Assembly: GCA_050296935.1 (NCBI GenBank)
Contig: JBNKRV010000211.1
Coordinates: 2,812-66,811, forward strand
DNA: 64,000 nt
Source of the DNA: Marinilabiliaceae bacterium
Lineage (GTDB): Bacteria > Bacteroidota > Bacteroidia > Bacteroidales > Marinilabiliaceae
Direction: 5' to 3'
Shown here: positions 60,501 through 64,000 of the stretch, piece by piece
How positions within the stretch are numbered: position 1 is the stretch's first letter
Layout of the letters: every line of letters starts with the position of its first letter
Notes under the pieces: generated by a model
Databases searched by the model: none
What the model saw: the letters and a program-made list of their open reading frames with translations, nothing else
Told to the model about the DNA's origin: nothing
Translations under genes and position numbers: made by a program

Positions 60501-61775
60501 TTTGGTAGTGATTTTTCAAGAGATTACTCAAATAAAGATTTCTGGAGGAAAATACATAATGTATCTGACCAGAAAGTCTGGAGTGTTCGGCTTTCACTTA
60601 AAAGGAAACTGATTGAATATGTGAAAAACAGGATGGTATCTAATATGGTAGATGGTCAGTCTGATCCTTCACAAATAATAGAAGCAATTGATCAAATTGA
60701 TGATAAGGCATTAACCATTGGTTTTGCAAGAAGATTTGCTACTTACAAAAGAGCTCACCTGTTGTTTACAGATGAGGAACGATTAGATGAAATAGTGAAC
60801 AATCCGGATCGTCCTGTTCAATTTATTTTTGCAGGAAAAGCACATCCTGCAGATGGAGGTGGTCAATCATTAATTAAACATATTGTAGAGATATCAAAAA
60901 AACCACAGTTTTTAGGTAAAATCATATTTCTGGAAAATTATGATATGGAATTGGCAAAAAAATTGGTGAGTGGAGTTGATATCTGGTTAAATACGCCAAC
61001 GCGTCCATTGGAAGCATCGGGTACAAGTGGAGAGAAGGCTGAGTTGAATGGAGTTCTTAATTTTAGTGTGCTCGATGGATGGTGGTACGAAGGATATCAG
61101 GAAGGAGCAGGCTGGAGTATTACCGATAAACGGACTTATGCAGATCAAAATCTTCAGAATGAGTTGGATGCAGCTACCATTTATAGTATGTTGGAGAATG
61201 AAATTGTACCGGCATTCTACAAGAAGGGCGAAGATGGTATATCAACAGAATGGATACAATTCATTAAGAACTCAATTGCTGAAATTGCGCCTGTTTATAC
61301 AACTAAAAGAATGATGGATGATTATTTGAGTAGGTTCTATTTGAAAATGGATGACAGGCTAAGGGAGCTTAAAGTGGATGATTTTGCCCTGGTACGTAAA
61401 ATTACGGATTTAAAACGTAAAATAAGATCTAATTGGAATGATATTGAGGTAGTTAAAGTTGAAATGCCTGATATTTATTCGTATCAATTGGGTATTGGAG
61501 AAATATATAGAATTAACCTGGTTATTGATTTAAAATTGTTAGATGGTCTGGATATCTCTGTTCAGGCGATATTTGCAGATGTTTCTGAAGATGGAACTCC
61601 AAAAATGTTAAGTATGGAAGAATTTGAGCTTGAAAAGAAGGACGGTACCAGGCTTTATTATGCTTTGAATCATAAATTGAATATTCCCGGCGTTTATAAT
61701 TTTGGAATTCGTATGGTACCTGATTGCGACATGTTAATTAATAAGCAAGATATATGTTGTGTTAGATGGATATAA
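57543..61775 (+). CDS. fusion protein: GT3 (eukaryote-type) glycogen synthase plus GT35 alpha-glucan phosphorylase
   Basis: The N-terminal ~550 aa carries FETSWEVCNKLGGIHTVLSTKA, the GT3 glycogen synthase signature. The C-terminal ~830 aa has a DUF3417-type segment (NLWWTWN), NEGHAAL, FAGKAHPADGGGQ and EASGTSGEKA with the PLP lysine. Confidence 0.9.
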   Translation: MIDNNLKPDFVFETSWEVCNKLGGIHTVLSTKALTLVENFGDKVVFIGPDVFAGGKKTDEFEQDNSLFPEWKHLLEKEGLRVRTGRWKVVGRPITLLIDFSTFVPQKNDILSRFWELYHVDSLSGQWDYIESVVFGFAVGKIIESFYKCYLNVNTKVVAQFNEWMTGGGALYLKSSLPQVGTIFTTHATVVGRSLAGHGEPMYDELSSFDADMRSHDLGVVAKHSIEKKSAINVDCFTTVSAITAKECEQFMDRKVDVITPNGFENNFVPKEGEFEEKRQFARLKLKNVSEALLGCELSEDALFVANSGRYEYRNKGIDVFLDSLKHLNEDKNYNRETIVFILIPANNFGARKDLIAKLNGNNESVLENPFLTHGLNDLGYDPIINKIQDIHLNNDKDDKVKLIFVPSYLNGDDGIFNIPYYDILIGMDLTVFPSYYEPWGYTPLESLAFYIPTITTNLAGFGIWASQFSKSIDEGVEVVERNDHNIDDATIQIANAIKNFASKSVEEVSVIRNKSQEISRKVEWDYLFDNYLKAYHIALEAVSSRKEQIEEVKHEKRIHVKPEKSSLPVWKKLVVKCKLPPKIQHLTELSHNLWWTWNYKAADLFESIEPEMWLKSGKNPIRLLERVSYDYLVELSEKPKFIEDLNHVYGLFKAYMDREKREDPSIAYFSMEYGINDVLKIYSGGLGVLAGDYLKEASDSNVNMTAIGLLYKYGYFRQSLTIHGDQQSNFDLQEFSTLPLTEVKKSDGSPLVMEMSAPGRTVHVKVWRADVGRVALYLLDTDHDFNSESDRHITHSLYGGDWENRLKQEILLGMGGIQLLDELGIKTNLFHCNEGHAALINISRLMKYMHEHYSFSEALELVRASSLFTTHTPVPAGHDKFQEDLIRVYFRHIPEVLQISWNDFMALGRENPDDFNEKFSMSVLAVKTSQKINGVSWLHGEVSRQMFKNLWKGYFPEEVPIGYVTNGVHYGTWTASDWQELYAKEFGSDFSRDYSNKDFWRKIHNVSDQKVWSVRLSLKRKLIEYVKNRMVSNMVDGQSDPSQIIEAIDQIDDKALTIGFARRFATYKRAHLLFTDEERLDEIVNNPDRPVQFIFAGKAHPADGGGQSLIKHIVEISKKPQFLGKIIFLENYDMELAKKLVSGVDIWLNTPTRPLEASGTSGEKAELNGVLNFSVLDGWWYEGYQEGAGWSITDKRTYADQNLQNELDAATIYSMLENEIVPAFYKKGEDGISTEWIQFIKNSIAEIAPVYTTKRMMDDYLSRFYLKMDDRLRELKVDDFALVRKITDLKRKIRSNWNDIEVVKVEMPDIYSYQLGIGEIYRINLVIDLKLLDGLDISVQAIFADVSEDGTPKMLSMEEFELEKKDGTRLYYALNHKLNIPGVYNFGIRMVPDCDMLINKQDICCVRWI

Positions 61776-61957
61776 AATAACATAGCTATATAGTACTTGT
61801 ACGGAAACTCAAGTGGCAGATAAGAAAGCTTCATTTCTGAGGCTTTCGAAGCTCGGAAAATGTGAGTCTACTATCGTAAATGATCATTTTGAGAGCAAGA
61901 GTAGCAGCCTGCCCCGATTATTTCGGGGAAAAAAAGATTTTTCTTGCAGACAACTAT

Positions 61958-62103
61958 ACAGTGCCTGTCCATAAAGTCGGGTGTTTGGATTATAAAGTTT
62001 AAAAACAAGGCGTGAGAAAAATTCAAACCGCATCAGTATGTATGAGGATTTGGATTTTGAGCAACAAAGCAGTCGTTGGACTTTATAGACGAACGCAATG
62101 TAG
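61958..62103 (-). repeat. MITE-like hairpin repeat family 1, copy C (full length, inverted)
   Basis: Its reverse complement is co-linear with copies A and B. Confidence 0.8.
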
Positions 62104-62114
62104 AAGAAATAAAT

Positions 62115-62140
62115 AAAGCCGTTGATAAATCAACGGCTTT
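62115..62140 (-). terminator. hairpin terminator downstream of the branching-enzyme gene (possibly bidirectional)
   Basis: AAAGCCGTTGA-TAAA-TCAACGGCTTT with T-rich sequence on both sides. Confidence 0.7.
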
Positions 62141-62169
62141 ATTTATTCTACGATTTTATAGAACTCCGG

Positions 62170-64000
62170 TTAATAAATACTTTTCGATGGCATCCTTTCA
62201 AGAATAATTGCAGACCGGGCAGGTAAATATAACTTTAACTGAAAGTGGTTTTTATCAAATGGCATTTGTTCTGGAAAATACAGATAGCTCTCATCAATAT
62301 TTCCAAAACCACCAAATTCTGTACTGTCAGTATTCAAACGGATTTTGAATTTACCAGGTTCGGCACTAATTCCATAGTCAGTATATGAGTTGGTAGGAGA
62401 AAAATTAAATACAATATAATAGTTGCCCCTTTTAAAGCACATAACCTGATCAGCTTCGTTGATAGTTAATCCATAACATATTTCATTATTAGCTAAATAT
62501 CCTTTTTTAGCCAAGTCAACCATGGCCTTATCAAATTTCTTCATGTATTTGAATTTCAAATCGTCATGATCCATAAGGCTCCATTGTCTTCTGGCATATT
62601 TATAAGACCAACCATTTCCTTCTCTTGGGAAATCAATCCATTCAGGATGCCCGAATTCATTTCCCATAAAATTCAGATAACCCCCATATGAAGTAGATAT
62701 AGTTGCCAGCCTGATCATTTTATGCAAGGCAATTCCCCGGTCAATAATCAGGCTTTCAGATTTAATATCCATTTTGTCATACATCTCTTTATCAACCAAT
62801 CTGAATATTATTGTTTTATCTCCAACAAGCGCCTGATCATGAGATTCGGCATAGGAAACCACTTTCTCTCCAGGGCGATGTTGTGTAAGCTCATGAAATA
62901 TCTGACCCACATTCCAATCTTCGTCATTTTTCTCTTTAATCATTTTAATCCAGAAATCAGGAACCCCCATTGATAAACGATAATCAAATCCGACACCTCC
63001 ATTCTCAATAGTTTCGGATAAACCGGGATAACCGCTCATGTCTTCTGCAATAGTAATTGCATTGGGATTAATCTGATGTATTAATTGATTAGCAAGTGTT
63101 AGGTAAGTAAGTGCATCTATATCTTCAGTTTCATTAAAATAATCAGAATACGATGAAAAACTATATTCAAGACCATGATGAAGATACAGCATGCTTGTTA
63201 CTCCGTCAAACCTATATCCGTCAAAATGAAATTCTTCAATCCAGTATTTACAATTGGCGAGTAAAAACTGTAATACTTCAAATTTTCCATAATTAAAGCA
63301 TTTACTGTCCCATGCAGGGTGTTCACCTTTGCCACCGTCATGAAAATACTGATAAACAGTCCCGTCAAAGCGGCCCAGTCCTTCAACTTCGTTTTTCACT
63401 GCATGAGAGTGAACAATATCCATAATTACAGAAATGCCATTCTTATGCGCCTCATTAATTAAATCTTTTAATTCTTCGGGTGTGCCAAAACGTGATGAAA
63501 CAGCAAAGAAATTGGAAACATGATAACCAAAACTACCATAATAAGGGTGCTCCTGAATGGCCATTAATTGAATGGTATTATAGCCGGCATTAATGATATG
63601 AGGAAGAACTTCATTTTTAAATTCAGTATATGAATTTACCTTTTGATCTTCAGAAGACATGCCAATATGTGCCTCGTATATTAAAAGAGGATTAGTTTGG
63701 GGTTTAAATTCCTGATCCTCCCAGGTAAATTTATCCTTAGGTTGCCAAACCTGAGCACTAAATATTTTTGTGTTTTCATCCTGAACAACTCTGTTGATGT
63801 AGCTTGGTAATCTTAAGCCATCTCCGCCTTCCCAGAAAATATGAAATTTGAACAAATCGCCATGTTTCAGAATTTCTTTTGAAATGGTAATCTCCCAATT
63901 GCCATTGTCTGTTTTATGTAAGCGATGTTCGTTATTTGTGGTCCAGTTATTAAAATCACCTATTAAAAATATCTCTGTAGCATTAGGTGCCCATTCTCTT
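62170..64000 (-). CDS. glgB: 1,4-alpha-glucan branching enzyme, GH13 (eukaryote-like subfamily), 5' end outside the window
   Basis: GH13 regions DIVHSHA, DGYRFDGVTSM, GNEFGHPEW and ESHDQALVGDKT. The frame stays open past 63855 to the window edge (REWAPNATEIFLIGDFNNW, a CBM48-like N-terminus). Confidence 0.9.
   Translation of the reverse strand, partial: REWAPNATEIFLIGDFNNWTTNNEHRLHKTDNGNWEITISKEILKHGDLFKFHIFWEGGDGLRLPSYINRVVQDENTKIFSAQVWQPKDKFTWEDQEFKPQTNPLLIYEAHIGMSSEDQKVNSYTEFKNEVLPHIINAGYNTIQLMAIQEHPYYGSFGYHVSNFFAVSSRFGTPEELKDLINEAHKNGISVIMDIVHSHAVKNEVEGLGRFDGTVYQYFHDGGKGEHPAWDSKCFNYGKFEVLQFLLANCKYWIEEFHFDGYRFDGVTSMLYLHHGLEYSFSSYSDYFNETEDIDALTYLTLANQLIHQINPNAITIAEDMSGYPGLSETIENGGVGFDYRLSMGVPDFWIKMIKEKNDEDWNVGQIFHELTQHRPGEKVVSYAESHDQALVGDKTIIFRLVDKEMYDKMDIKSESLIIDRGIALHKMIRLATISTSYGGYLNFMGNEFGHPEWIDFPREGNGWSYKYARRQWSLMDHDDLKFKYMKKFDKAMVDLAKKGYLANNEICYGLTINEADQVMCFKRGNYYIVFNFSPTNSYTDYGISAEPGKFKIRLNTDSTEFGGFGNIDESYLYFPEQMPFDKNHFQLKLYLPARSAIILERMPSKSIY

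Overview
AT-rich Bacteroidota-type chromosome segment. This assignment is an inference from the LpxC/FabZ fusion, TTTG/TAnnTTTG promoters, a TonB-dependent receptor paired with DUF4249, and a GT3 glycogen synthase. About 85% of the window is ordinary core genome: dxr-rseP-tatA, rnr, metA, gcvH, aroA-aroB, lpxD-lpxC/fabZ-lpxA, rimP-nusA-infB, an ECF sigma/anti-sigma pair, sufBCDSE-sufT, queG, and a large glycogen cluster (GH133, GT4, GH57, CBM48, a 1410-aa GT3-GT35 fusion, GH13 branching enzyme). The unusual part is 1.5-10.8 kb, directly downstream of two tandem initiator tRNA-Met genes. It holds an uncharacterised 2TM/GAF-like gene with a 75-aa partner, a transposase remnant, and then seven unrelated accessory ORFs, all on the minus strand: three GNATs (one with an in-frame TGA), two lipoproteins, a membrane protein and an AAA/DUF4143 ATPase. 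These ORFs are separated by long, GC-rich, modular repeats, named here X, Z and Y. The layout resembles an integron, CALIN or recombinase-associated cassette array, but no recombinase lies in the window and the modules do not match canonical attC sites. Two other dispersed repeat families are present. One is a ~150-bp MITE-like hairpin element whose direct copies bracket the accessory segment. The other is a ~90-nt element with an operator-like palindrome upstream of two operons. No CRISPR array, rRNA or intact mobile element was seen.
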